The notes below the pieces were generated by a model. That model had not been told where the DNA came from, did no database searches, and saw nothing but the letters and a program-made list of their open reading frames with translations. From contig JBMNLZ010000003.1 of the NCBI GenBank assembly GCA_050953065.1, positions 256,001 to 320,000 on the forward strand: DNA of 64,000 bases, written 5' to 3'. The stretch comes from Bacilli bacterium. Lineage in GTDB: Bacteria; Bacillota_I; Bacilli_A; ML615J-28; CAG-698. How positions within the stretch are numbered: the stretch's first letter is position 1; every line of letters starts with the position of its first letter. The position numbers and the translations under genes were made by a program. Positions 50,441 through 59,257 of this stretch are shown one piece after another.

Positions 50441-51880
50441 TTATCTGATAAGAATAGAATCAGCAAATGATGTCGCATAGAAATCAACCTCAAGAAAATA
50501 TAGATTTTCTTGGTAATCTAAAGATTCAAAAACCTCAAAAACCAATGTGAATTCATATAATCCTATTTGGTTAATTTCTAATCCTATCCATGAATAGTCA
50601 TCAATTGGTTTTATACTTTTGAAATCAGTATATCCAAAATAACCACTAACATTTTCTTTTGCGTGATCATTTTCTAAGTAAAAGTCGTTTTTGTTATCTA
50701 GTGTATGATCATTACCAGTTGCTGTCTTCTCTATAGTGATGTTAAGTATCAAGTATTTTTTTCCTGAACTAGCTTGCATCAAGATTTCCTCGTGATTAGG
50801 ATTTTGAATTACAACTTCACTTGAGTAAGTAGCATTAGTTACCTTTAATAAAATAGTATTGTCCTTAAATGAAATATTGTCTCCTATATTAGCAAACGCA
50901 TCAAGAGGAATTATTGGTTGATAAAACGCATAAACATTGAATACTTTATTTTCTTCATAAGCGTAAAAATATAAATCCCTTAATTTAGTAGCTTTTTTAC
51001 CTTTTTCTGAAGTCCAATATAAAAATTTATATCCTTCTTTAATTGGCTCATCGTCGGGCAATTCAATTATTTGACCTGGACCAACACTAATAGGATTCAT
51101 CAATGTTTCTTGAGAACCTCCATCTAAATCAAATTGAACTGTGTATGGAGATGTATTTGATCTTAAAACAAGAAAAATGTTTTTTTGTACTCTTCTTAAG
51201 CCATCATCAATTGATAGAACCATTGTTTTATTACTATTTAGAAATTCCTCATTAAGCACAAATGACAATTCAACAACAGTTAAAATTCCATTTTTCATAT
51301 ATGGATAGAAGGGTTCAAATGTATCTGGATTCGCTTCAATAGTTCTTCCTTCTTCACTAGTAGCATTATCTATGATACCAATAACATAATCCCCAGCAAA
51401 GCTAAGGGTTTCTTCTATAACGTTTATATCTCCACCTACCACACCCGATGCCATTGCGGACACAGTAGCTTTCGCCAAACTCTCAATAAAGACTGACATT
51501 GGTGAACCTGCATATTTATCAACAAGTCTTAGTTCAAACATTTCAGGTCGGATTACTTGTTGATTTACGTTAAAATCTGTATTCCATTGTTCGATTCTTA
51601 GTTGAAGATTTAAAGTGTAGATATCATTTTCTTCTATAGCGTTTATTCCTACGACCTTAATATATATTTCATCAGCAAACTCAACTTCTTCATATAAATA
51701 CACGTTTTCTTTGTTTTCAGATCTTTCAGAAGGTTGATTATCTTGATGATTTACAATAGATAGGATTATTGCAATTCCAATTCCTCCAAAAAGTAATATA
51801 CCCAAAAAAATTCTTATTGAAAGAGAAACCTTTATAGTAAAAGTGTCCCATACTTCTGCTATCTTTTTAATAATTTTCAT
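50441..51880 (-). CDS. Membrane-anchored surface protein with InlB B-repeat (Flg_new) domain; prophage cargo
   Basis: One N-terminal TM. YTVQFDLDGG...PIKEGYKFLYW repeat signature. Confidence 0.6.
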   Translation of the reverse strand: MKIIKKIAEVWDTFTIKVSLSIRIFLGILLFGGIGIAIILSIVNHQDNQPSERSENKENVYLYEEVEFADEIYIKVVGINAIEENDIYTLNLQLRIEQWNTDFNVNQQVIRPEMFELRLVDKYAGSPMSVFIESLAKATVSAMASGVVGGDINVIEETLSFAGDYVIGIIDNATSEEGRTIEANPDTFEPFYPYMKNGILTVVELSFVLNEEFLNSNKTMVLSIDDGLRRVQKNIFLVLRSNTSPYTVQFDLDGGSQETLMNPISVGPGQIIELPDDEPIKEGYKFLYWTSEKGKKATKLRDLYFYAYEENKVFNVYAFYQPIIPLDAFANIGDNISFKDNTILLKVTNATYSSEVVIQNPNHEEILMQASSGKKYLILNITIEKTATGNDHTLDNKNDFYLENDHAKENVSGYFGYTDFKSIKPIDDYSWIGLEINQIGLYEFTLVFEVFESLDYQENLYFLEVDFYATSFADSILIR

Positions 51881-51984
51881 AAATCATCACCCTTCCATTA
51901 AATAAATATTATACTTTCCTTTTTAACTCAAAACATATACTTATATATTATCAAAATAATGGTCTATCCATATTCATAGCTTAT

Positions 51985-52827
51985 TTATTCGCTATCCTCC
52001 TCACTAAATTCATCTGGCAATCCAAAGAAATCACAAAGAACTAAGTAAGCAGCATATCTTTTAGCTTCTTTCTTTGACGTTGCATATGCAGTGTGCTTCA
52101 TTGCCCAGCTTCTTACATAACAGGTACATTCCCACATCAATCTTCCATCACGCATTAACACTTGTTCATCTGGTTGGTCGTATTCAGGAATGGAACATCT
52201 ACCTTTTTCTGCTAGTTCTTTTAAGGTAGTTACTGCGTTGTTTAACTGAAACTTTGATGGTCTTGGTTCTTCTGTGTCGACATCTGCTAGGAAGTCTTCT
52301 ATACGAAGTATAACTTCAACCATGTTTTGAAGTTCATCAGGATTCCAATCGCTATCAATAGCAGCTGCTCCAAGTATAGCTTCAAAGAGATCAGCTTTTA
52401 CTTTGGTGAGATTATCTTTAAACTTTGGATTTTCTAGGTCTGTATCACCTAAATACATAAACTTGAATAGTCCTAGTTTATCAATTCTTTTTGCGAGTGT
52501 TTCATTTGATACTATTTGTTTCTTTAATTCTGTAAAATCAGCTTCATTTTTGTGAGCTACGATGCAGTACTCATCAAGGTCATTCTCTTCATCATAGTAA
52601 TCCGATTGAGATTTCACAAATCCAAATCTATCAGCGATCACTTTTGTTACATAAAAATCCAGAATTTTGTCGCCTAGAAATTCCAGAACTTCATTGTTTT
52701 CACCACCATGTTGTGATGAGTAAGAGCTACGAGTGAAAGCTTGTAAAAGCAAGTCTTCATTATTAAACCAGTAGCCAATTTTCTTTTGCACATCATCTAA
52801 ATGTTCCATTAAATCTTGTGTTTTCAT
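51985..52827 (-). CDS. Ribonuclease III family protein (RNase III domain + dsRBD); element cargo
   Basis: QAFTRSSY, NEVLEFLGD, ADLFEAILGA and dsRBD end SKKEAKRYAA. Acidic insertion in the nuclease domain. Confidence 0.88.
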   Translation of the reverse strand: MKTQDLMEHLDDVQKKIGYWFNNEDLLLQAFTRSSYSSQHGGENNEVLEFLGDKILDFYVTKVIADRFGFVKSQSDYYDEENDLDEYCIVAHKNEADFTELKKQIVSNETLAKRIDKLGLFKFMYLGDTDLENPKFKDNLTKVKADLFEAILGAAAIDSDWNPDELQNMVEVILRIEDFLADVDTEEPRPSKFQLNNAVTTLKELAEKGRCSIPEYDQPDEQVLMRDGRLMWECTCYVRSWAMKHTAYATSKKEAKRYAAYLVLCDFFGLPDEFSEEDSE

Positions 52828-52850
52828 TTTTATTCCTCCATTTTATTTTA

Positions 52851-53059
52851 TTGTCCGAGAGGAAACAAAAAAGACCTATGGCCGATAAGGATACCCACTC
52901 CTAGCAGTAAGTAGAGTAAACCCATTTGCTTAAGTCTTAATTAAATCAAAATAATATTTGTAAGTTTATATATCTAACCTTTCCCACTCGCATAGAGAAG
53001 CTTAAATAAATACCGTTACGCTGTTACTTTGAGGAAACTAATCCTTCCATCGGACACAA
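52851..53059 (-). ncRNA. Structured ~210-nt 5' leader / candidate ncRNA of the RNase III gene
   Basis: Closing helix UGUCCGA.GGAA (53045-53059) pairs with UUCC.UCGGACA (52851-52866). Long internal hairpin at 52871-52938. Confidence 0.5.
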
Positions 53060-53061
53060 TT

Positions 53062-53090
53062 ATTCTACCATATAAACTTGGTTTTGTCTA
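53062..53090 (-). promoter_or_regulatory. Sigma-A promoter for the RNase III transcript
   Basis: TAGACA-17 bp-TAGAAT with TG extension, immediately before the leader's 5' arm. Confidence 0.6.
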
Positions 53091-53095
53091 TAGCC

Positions 53096-53121
53096 AAAAA
53101 AAAGAACCTGCTTAGAGGTTC
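53096..53121 (-). terminator. Terminator after the recombinase operon
   Basis: GAACC-loop-GGTTC followed by a T-run on the minus strand. Confidence 0.55.
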
Positions 53122-53125
53122 AATC

Positions 53126-54706
53126 TTATATTGTTATTTCTATCCCGCTTGTAAACTTAAAGGTTATGGTTTTATCTCTGTTAACAATTGCCTTTTCAAT
53201 CATTATCATCCACACATCATTTGACCATTCAGGCAGGTAAGTATCTGCCTTTTTTATTTCCTCAAGATAAGCCTTCATCTTAATTTCCTGTGATTGTTTG
53301 TAGGCTCTTTTTTCTAATGCTTTATCTAAGGAGTTTTTATTTGATTCATACTCAGCTGAAAACTCTTCATACTTCCTTGCAAACTCAGCTTGATCCTGTG
53401 CTGTTTTGGTGTTTTCTTTTATCAACTTTTCTACCAAGCCACTTATAACTGCCATCCTGTTTTGAAGGTCTATAATCTTAGCGTCCTGTTCTGAAGTGTC
53501 TGATAGAACTTGGATAATCTCTTTTATATCTTCTATTATTCTTTCCTTGCCCTTCATCACTTGGTTATATGCGATTACAAATTTTTCTTTAATCTTGTCT
53601 TCAGTTAATGCAGGAGTTTGACACTTGTCCTGGTTCTTGTTGTACTTGCAATTGCATTGATAAACCGTCCTAGCGTACTTGCTTGTTGAATGCCATATCT
53701 TTCTGCCATAGAACCCTCCGCAATCAGCACAGACTAATTTTGAGCTAAACACACTGCTTCCTGAATATGATGCACCAATCTTATCTCTTCTTAGTAATTC
53801 TGCCTGAACTATCTCCCATTCTTCTTTATCAATAATTGCAGGGTGACTGTTCTCTACATAATACTGCGGAAGGTGACCTTGATTCTTTTCTACTTTATGC
53901 TCTAAGTAGTCCTTCGTATAGGTCTTTTGAAGTAAGGCATCACCTTTATACTTTTCATTTCTTAAAATTGAATTGACGGTGTTTTTGGTCCATTTATATG
54001 ACCTTCCACTTGGTGTTGGTATATTTCTTTCTTTTAGATATTCTGCAATTCCTGTGCAGGTTTTTCCTTCCCTTAAAAATAAGTGATAGATTTTTCTAAC
54101 TAAAATTGCTTCATCCTCAACAACTATAATCTTGTCATTTTCTTTTGCATAACCTAGCATGTTGCTATAAGCCCAGCTGACTCTTCCTTCTTTCATTCCC
54201 CAGCGTTTACCAATTGTTACGTTTTGAGAAATACTTCTGCTTTCTTCTTGTGCCATACTTGCCATAATTGTAAGCAGGAATTCAGTCTTCTCATCAAGTG
54301 ACCATAGGTTTTCCTTTTCAAAATAAACCTCGATCCCTTTGGCTTTTAGCTTTCTAGTATAGAAAATTGTGTCTAGCGTGTTTCTGGCAAAGCGTGATAT
54401 TGATTTGGTTATGATAAGGTCTATCTTTCCTTCAAGTGCATCCTTAATCATCTCGTTAAAGCTTTCTCTTCTTTTGGTACTTGTTCCAGAAATACCATCA
54501 TCGGCATAGACCTTAACATACTCCCACTCAGGTTTTCTTTGGATAAATTCCGTATAATGTTTTACTTGAGCTTCGTAGCTTGTTGCTTGCTCTTCATCAT
54601 CTGTTGAAACACGAGCGTATGCTGCTACTTTTCTTCTACTTAGCTCATTTAGTGGCGAGAGTGTAGATGGATTAATTGTTGATGGAATAATTCTAACTTT
54701 TGCCAT
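53126..54706 (-). CDS. Large serine recombinase (integrase)
   Basis: AAYARVST, KSISRFARN, recombinase domain, zinc ribbon CADC...C, coiled coil. Confidence 0.93.
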   Translation of the reverse strand: MAKVRIIPSTINPSTLSPLNELSRRKVAAYARVSTDDEEQATSYEAQVKHYTEFIQRKPEWEYVKVYADDGISGTSTKRRESFNEMIKDALEGKIDLIITKSISRFARNTLDTIFYTRKLKAKGIEVYFEKENLWSLDEKTEFLLTIMASMAQEESRSISQNVTIGKRWGMKEGRVSWAYSNMLGYAKENDKIIVVEDEAILVRKIYHLFLREGKTCTGIAEYLKERNIPTPSGRSYKWTKNTVNSILRNEKYKGDALLQKTYTKDYLEHKVEKNQGHLPQYYVENSHPAIIDKEEWEIVQAELLRRDKIGASYSGSSVFSSKLVCADCGGFYGRKIWHSTSKYARTVYQCNCKYNKNQDKCQTPALTEDKIKEKFVIAYNQVMKGKERIIEDIKEIIQVLSDTSEQDAKIIDLQNRMAVISGLVEKLIKENTKTAQDQAEFARKYEEFSAEYESNKNSLDKALEKRAYKQSQEIKMKAYLEEIKKADTYLPEWSNDVWMIMIEKAIVNRDKTITFKFTSGIEITI

Positions 54707-56016
54707 TAATGATTCCCCTTTCTATATTTTTTGAGTGCATTTTGTCTTGCTTGTTCTTTCATTTCAGGTGTCCATGATTTACTTCTTGATCGGTCTTCCC
54801 AACAAATCTCTCCAGTCTTTCCATTTTTGAAATGATAAACTAACCTGTTCTCATTAAATGCCTCTATGTAATCAATTCTGTCTTGGACCAAATCATCAGT
54901 TAATTCATCAACTCCAAGAACCTGTGAGGTTATTTCATTCAACGTTTCTTCTGGTATAGCTTTAGATTCACATTCGCTTTTTCCTAAAGTATCATAAGTA
55001 GTGCAAACCCATATTTTATGGTTGCTTCTCGTACCTCTTCTAAAATTAGCACCACAAACTCTACACTTAACTAATCTTGTATAACGTTTTTTTACCAAGC
55101 TGATACCTTTATTATTTGATAATTCACATCTTTGTTTTCTTAACTCTTGAGCCATTTGATACTCTTCAAGTGAAATAATAGGTTCATGGTTATTATCAAT
55201 AACATACATATCCTTTTCACCTTTATTCCTTTTGGTTTTCTTTGAAAGATAATCTTCTCTATAAGTCTTTTGAAGTACTAAGTTGCCTGTGTAGTTGTAA
55301 TTCGTTATTATGTTTAGAATTGTTGATTTGTTCCATTTACCTCCTCTTAAGGCTTTTACACCTTCATTGTTTAGGATGTTGGCAATCATCTGTATTCCGT
55401 ATCCATCAAGGTACATCGTAAATATCCTTCTTACAAGTTCTGCTTGCTCTGGCACAACTACAAGGTTTTTATTAACTATTTTATAGCCATGCATGTCTTT
55501 TGCACCCCAGAGAATACCTTTTTCAAAATCTTTTTTAATTTTCCACTTTATGTTTTCTGAGTTTGACCTTGCTTCCTCCTGTGCAAATGAAGCTAAAAAT
55601 GTTAATACCATCTCACCTTCAGCACTCAATGTATGCAGGTTCTGTTCCTCAAAAAATACATCGACTCCTATAGTTTTTAATTCTCTAACTGTCTTTAGCA
55701 TCGTGAATGTGTTTCTTGCAAATCTTGATATGGACTTAACAATCACCATATCTATTTTACCTGCCTTACAATCGCCAATTAGCCTTTGAAACTCTTCTCT
55801 TGTATCTTTTGTTCCAGTCAACGCTTCATCTGCATAAATCCCAGCAAATTCCCAGCCTGCTTGCTCTGATATCATCTTGTTGTAATAACTAACCTGAGCG
55901 GCTAAGGAATGAAGCATGGCGTCTTTACCAGTTGATACTCTTGCATATGCTGCTACCCTAGTTTTCTTTTGTAACTTTGGTAGAACTTCTATCTTGGTTA
56001 TCCGTTTCTGATCCAT
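54706..56016 (-). CDS. Large serine recombinase
   Basis: AAYARVST, KSISRFARN, CRVC zinc ribbon and C-terminal SRSKSWTPEMK. Confidence 0.93.
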   Translation of the reverse strand: MDQKRITKIEVLPKLQKKTRVAAYARVSTGKDAMLHSLAAQVSYYNKMISEQAGWEFAGIYADEALTGTKDTREEFQRLIGDCKAGKIDMVIVKSISRFARNTFTMLKTVRELKTIGVDVFFEEQNLHTLSAEGEMVLTFLASFAQEEARSNSENIKWKIKKDFEKGILWGAKDMHGYKIVNKNLVVVPEQAELVRRIFTMYLDGYGIQMIANILNNEGVKALRGGKWNKSTILNIITNYNYTGNLVLQKTYREDYLSKKTKRNKGEKDMYVIDNNHEPIISLEEYQMAQELRKQRCELSNNKGISLVKKRYTRLVKCRVCGANFRRGTRSNHKIWVCTTYDTLGKSECESKAIPEETLNEITSQVLGVDELTDDLVQDRIDYIEAFNENRLVYHFKNGKTGEICWEDRSRSKSWTPEMKEQARQNALKKYRKGNH

Positions 56017-56230
56017 TTTTGACCTCCTTATTCGGTAGTATATATATCACTCTAAAACGATTATTTATCAAGTCATTTGTCCGATAAAGACTATCTTTTT
56101 TGATACAGTATTTACTCGCCAAAACAGACTCAGCTTTTAGAAAATCAGCATCGTTTAATATCCCTTTATTCTTCATTGCAATTAGGTGAACAAGCGATGA
56201 ATGGAACTGTTCTATATTTTTTGTAATCAT
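55958..56230 (-). CDS. Small SHOCT-like protein of the recombinase module
   Basis: Typical position and size before paired serine recombinases. M.NKGILNDADF...LASKY pattern. Confidence 0.55.
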   Translation of the reverse strand: MITKNIEQFHSSLVHLIAMKNKGILNDADFLKAESVLASKYCIKKDSLYRTNDLINNRFRVIYILPNKEVKNGSETDNQDRSSTKVTKEN

Positions 56231-56616
56231 TGCTCATTACCTCTTTTCGCTCTACTTTTAACATAACAAGAGATACTACAATAAATTCTTTTGCTATTTC
56301 CATATGCCTCAAATTCAGAGTTGCAAATTGGACACGTGTAAGTATAAAAGGATTTTCTTGCTACTTCATCTCTATGCGAATTCCACCATGTCATTCTGCA
56401 TTTATCAGAGCAAAATTGACGCTTCTTTTTTCCAGGCGTTTGTTTGACTCTATTTCCACAGTTCTTGCAAGTTCCATATAAATCTGGATCATTATATTTT
56501 GCTGTACATACACTTCTAACCGCACTAGGCGTAATTGATAATTCTTTGGCTATTGCTTTATAACCATTACCTAAATTCCTTAATTCTAATATTTTATTTT
56601 TGAGTTCGTTTTTCAA
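56227..56616 (-). CDS. HTH + zinc-finger DNA-binding protein
   Basis: GYKAIAKELSI HTH, CKNC, FCSDKCR..WW, CPIC and YCSISC. Probable TTG start at 56616 after GGAGGT. Confidence 0.75.
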   Translation of the reverse strand: MKNELKNKILELRNLGNGYKAIAKELSITPSAVRSVCTAKYNDPDLYGTCKNCGNRVKQTPGKKKRQFCSDKCRMTWWNSHRDEVARKSFYTYTCPICNSEFEAYGNSKRIYCSISCYVKSRAKRGNEQ

Positions 56617-56726
56617 ATCATCTACCTCCTCATAAGTCAAATGGGAAGTCGAGACGATTTTGCCAAAAGAAAACAAAAAAAGCCTACCAGACAACTCCGA
56701 TAGGCATTATGTTTTATTAAGTTCTT

Positions 56727-57050
56727 CTATTTTGTAAGTTGCTTAATAACCTGATTAGTACCTGTTGCAGCTAGTCCTGAAGCCGCACCAACAATAATGG
56801 CTACAAACACATTATCAGTATTTAATACACCTGGTATAAAGTAAAAGCTTACTATGCCACATATGATTCCAAGAACTGCAGCAACAAGTGGAATTAATCT
56901 TAGAAACTTCTCGTTGCTGTTTGTTGCTTTCTTGATAATATCAATGATCACATAGACTATCGATGTAATTACTGGAATAGTTATAAATGTATAATCCATA
57001 CTTTTTTTCCTCCTTTTATTTATGAGCTTGTTTGTTGAGATGAACTTCAA
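56727..57050 (-). CDS. Holin-like membrane protein
   Basis: Three TMs, IPLVA..LG and GAASGLAATGTNQ..KQL. Likely start is MDYTF. Confidence 0.7.
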   Translation of the reverse strand: MKFISTNKLINKRRKKSMDYTFITIPVITSIVYVIIDIIKKATNSNEKFLRLIPLVAAVLGIICGIVSFYFIPGVLNTDNVFVAIIVGAASGLAATGTNQVIKQLTK

Positions 57051-57282
57051 TTTCTGAAATTGCAGAAGTCACTGGCCCATCACAACCTTGTTCTTTTAAA
57101 CCTTTTAAACACGCTAGAACACCATGAATAAGAATTACTTGTTCCTGTTTGATTTCCTTAATGTCCTCATCTTGTTTGTTTTGTTTCAAATACCATCTAT
57201 AGCCTGAAAAAAAGACACCTGAAATAATTCCAAGTGCCGTAATAATGGAGGCGATAGTGAGTATAAGTTCTTTTATATCCAT
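57016..57282 (-). CDS. Small single-TM phage protein (holin-associated)
   Basis: N-terminal TM, then LACLKGLKEQGCDGPVT..I. Confidence 0.6.
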   Translation of the reverse strand: MDIKELILTIASIITALGIISGVFFSGYRWYLKQNKQDEDIKEIKQEQVILIHGVLACLKGLKEQGCDGPVTSAISEIEVHLNKQAHK

Positions 57283-57301
57283 TGGAATAATCCTCCTTTA
57301 A

Positions 57302-57442
57302 TTAGTCATTTGTGTTCTTTACTTCTTCTTTAACTTCTGTCTTTTCATCGGTTTGTTGATCAGTTGGCTGTTTTGGTTTCTCCCCAAACAAAGCCTCTAA
57401 ATCAACAACCACCTCTGCAGACATTTCTAAATATTTTGGCAT
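57302..57442 (-). CDS. Small hypothetical phage protein (46 aa)
   Basis: ORF MPKYLEMSAEVVVDLEALFGE... with strong RBS AGGAGG, filling the operon gap. Confidence 0.55.
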   Translation of the reverse strand: MPKYLEMSAEVVVDLEALFGEKPKQPTDQQTDEKTEVKEEVKNTND

Positions 57443-57457
57443 AATTTTATCCTCCTT

Positions 57458-57877
57458 TTATTGTAGTGATACTGTTAGTGCACCTGCCCTAAAGATTGGA
57501 ATGTACCCAGATGGAACGGTAATCGATGTACTCAATGCACCCCACATAATTGGAGTTGTTGAACTCTTAGATGTAAAAATACCAAAATGAGTAATTGTTC
57601 CCCAACTTGCTAATGCTTCTGGAAAGAAAATAATACTGTTAGTGTTACTAATACTTCCTCCACTTGCAGCTTCCATTAGCATGGTGTTTGACTGATTGTA
57701 GTTTCCAATTAGAACTTTAGCATAGCCATTTGCTTCTGATGGTTCAGTAAAGTTGTCACCTGTTGCTGTAGGTGTAGTTGTTGAAAGTCCAATATAGCAA
57801 GTTGATGCTAAACTGATCTGGTTTGTCCTTCCAAAAAATGCATTTAAAATTGAGTTTGCTGTTGCGTTTGTAATCAT
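57458..57877 (-). CDS. Phage tail-associated structural protein
   Basis: YIGLSTT.P...E...GYA...FPEA..SWGTITHFGIF pattern of small tail/fibre proteins. Confidence 0.7.
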   Translation of the reverse strand: MITNATANSILNAFFGRTNQISLASTCYIGLSTTTPTATGDNFTEPSEANGYAKVLIGNYNQSNTMLMEAASGGSISNTNSIIFFPEALASWGTITHFGIFTSKSSTTPIMWGALSTSITVPSGYIPIFRAGALTVSLQ

Positions 57878-57889
57878 GATTTTATCCTC

Positions 57890-59257
57890 CTAAATTTCAT
57901 ATTTTATTAATCGTGATGCTGTTGTGTCTGTTGCACTTGTAAATTGCAGATCAAAGACTAGACTAATTAAGTTAGTGTTGGTAGTATAACCCGAATATAA
58001 TTTACCCCTAACTAAGTAGTCATTATTACCATTAGGACCATAGGTGTTTGTCCCAAAGTATGTTGTCGCTGATGAAGTTCCTAACTTTGAAGGCAAACAA
58101 ATAAATGGATTGTTATCATCCCAACCAAGAGCCTGAACACCTCGCCAGTTTGAACTAGTTGTAACGTTCTTATAGTAAGAAAGCTGTGATTTATTAATAG
58201 TTCCATTCTTATATGTTTCGATATCCCTTGATGTATAATATGCACCTGTTACGTCAGGCATCCAAAGTGCATCATTACCAACAAAGTCCTCAATCCCACG
58301 ATATTTCATTCGGTTATTCGCTGTTAAGTAACCAGTTAATGCTTCAATTGTGTTTGTTGCACCAGTTGCTTGGTTGTAACTTGAATAACCATTTAAAATG
58401 TTTGTTGCTCGCTTGTTAGCAAATTCTATAAGCCAAAGAAAAGTTAGAATGGTATGTTCATAGTTTCCATAAGGCTTATATCCCACACCATTTGCTTTCG
58501 CATAAGCTGTCCATTGCAATGGTGTATGGCTTTGACTCATAGACTTACCAGTTTTAGAGACCATCATATTATTTTCTTGATGTGATAAATATTTACCAAC
58601 AAGAAACGCATCTGATTTATACCAATTTCCAGAACCCTTTTTATATCTAGCCACAGCTATATCCGTAATATTGTCTTCCTCATCTGTTCCGATTCGCCAC
58701 CACATTTCAGGAATTGAGATAAACATGCTATCTTCAACATTAACTTCAGTCATTTCGTTATAAGGAAACTCATCGTCAAAGTCACTTGAAACTATACCAG
58801 TTGATGTATTAATGGCATATGTTTTACCAACCGAATCATCTGTTCTTGTTAAAGCTATCGCCGAGTCATACATTCCGCTTACACCGAATATCTTTGTTGT
58901 TATAACTTCATTACTTGTAAAATCACCATAATCTGTATGAACTACAACCATAAAATTGTTTATAGAACCTTCTGTTACTGAAGTATCGGAATAATCAATT
59001 AGAACATCCTCAGTTGATAGAGCATCGTGGTCTATAGTCTTTTCTAACACCTCATCCACATACAAATCAATTGATGATATTCCTGGTTGAACGTTGGTTA
59101 CTACAATTCCCCCTTCAGACTGCATAATAAAAGGATTATTGTAATACTCTTTTTCTACAGCTTCACTGTTTCTAAACCCCTCACCCGTTGCAATAACCTT
59201 TATTCTATGAAGTCCATAGGTTCTTATGTATTGTTTTAAATCTAAATTAATAGCCAT
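57890..59257 (-). CDS. Putative receptor-binding / tail protein with CLec-like C-terminus
   Basis: LWLIEFAN, MKYRGIEDFVGN and terminal SRL resemble phage C-type-lectin-fold tail proteins. Confidence 0.5.
   Translation of the reverse strand: MAINLDLKQYIRTYGLHRIKVIATGEGFRNSEAVEKEYYNNPFIMQSEGGIVVTNVQPGISSIDLYVDEVLEKTIDHDALSTEDVLIDYSDTSVTEGSINNFMVVVHTDYGDFTSNEVITTKIFGVSGMYDSAIALTRTDDSVGKTYAINTSTGIVSSDFDDEFPYNEMTEVNVEDSMFISIPEMWWRIGTDEEDNITDIAVARYKKGSGNWYKSDAFLVGKYLSHQENNMMVSKTGKSMSQSHTPLQWTAYAKANGVGYKPYGNYEHTILTFLWLIEFANKRATNILNGYSSYNQATGATNTIEALTGYLTANNRMKYRGIEDFVGNDALWMPDVTGAYYTSRDIETYKNGTINKSQLSYYKNVTTSSNWRGVQALGWDDNNPFICLPSKLGTSSATTYFGTNTYGPNGNNDYLVRGKLYSGYTTNTNLISLVFDLQFTSATDTTASRLIKYEI

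Noticed and set aside
51985-52827. Housekeeping rnc gene
   Set aside because: It lies in a mobile-element cargo position without the usual neighbours (smc, acpP, plsX, era) and has an atypical insertion, so no gene symbol was assigned.
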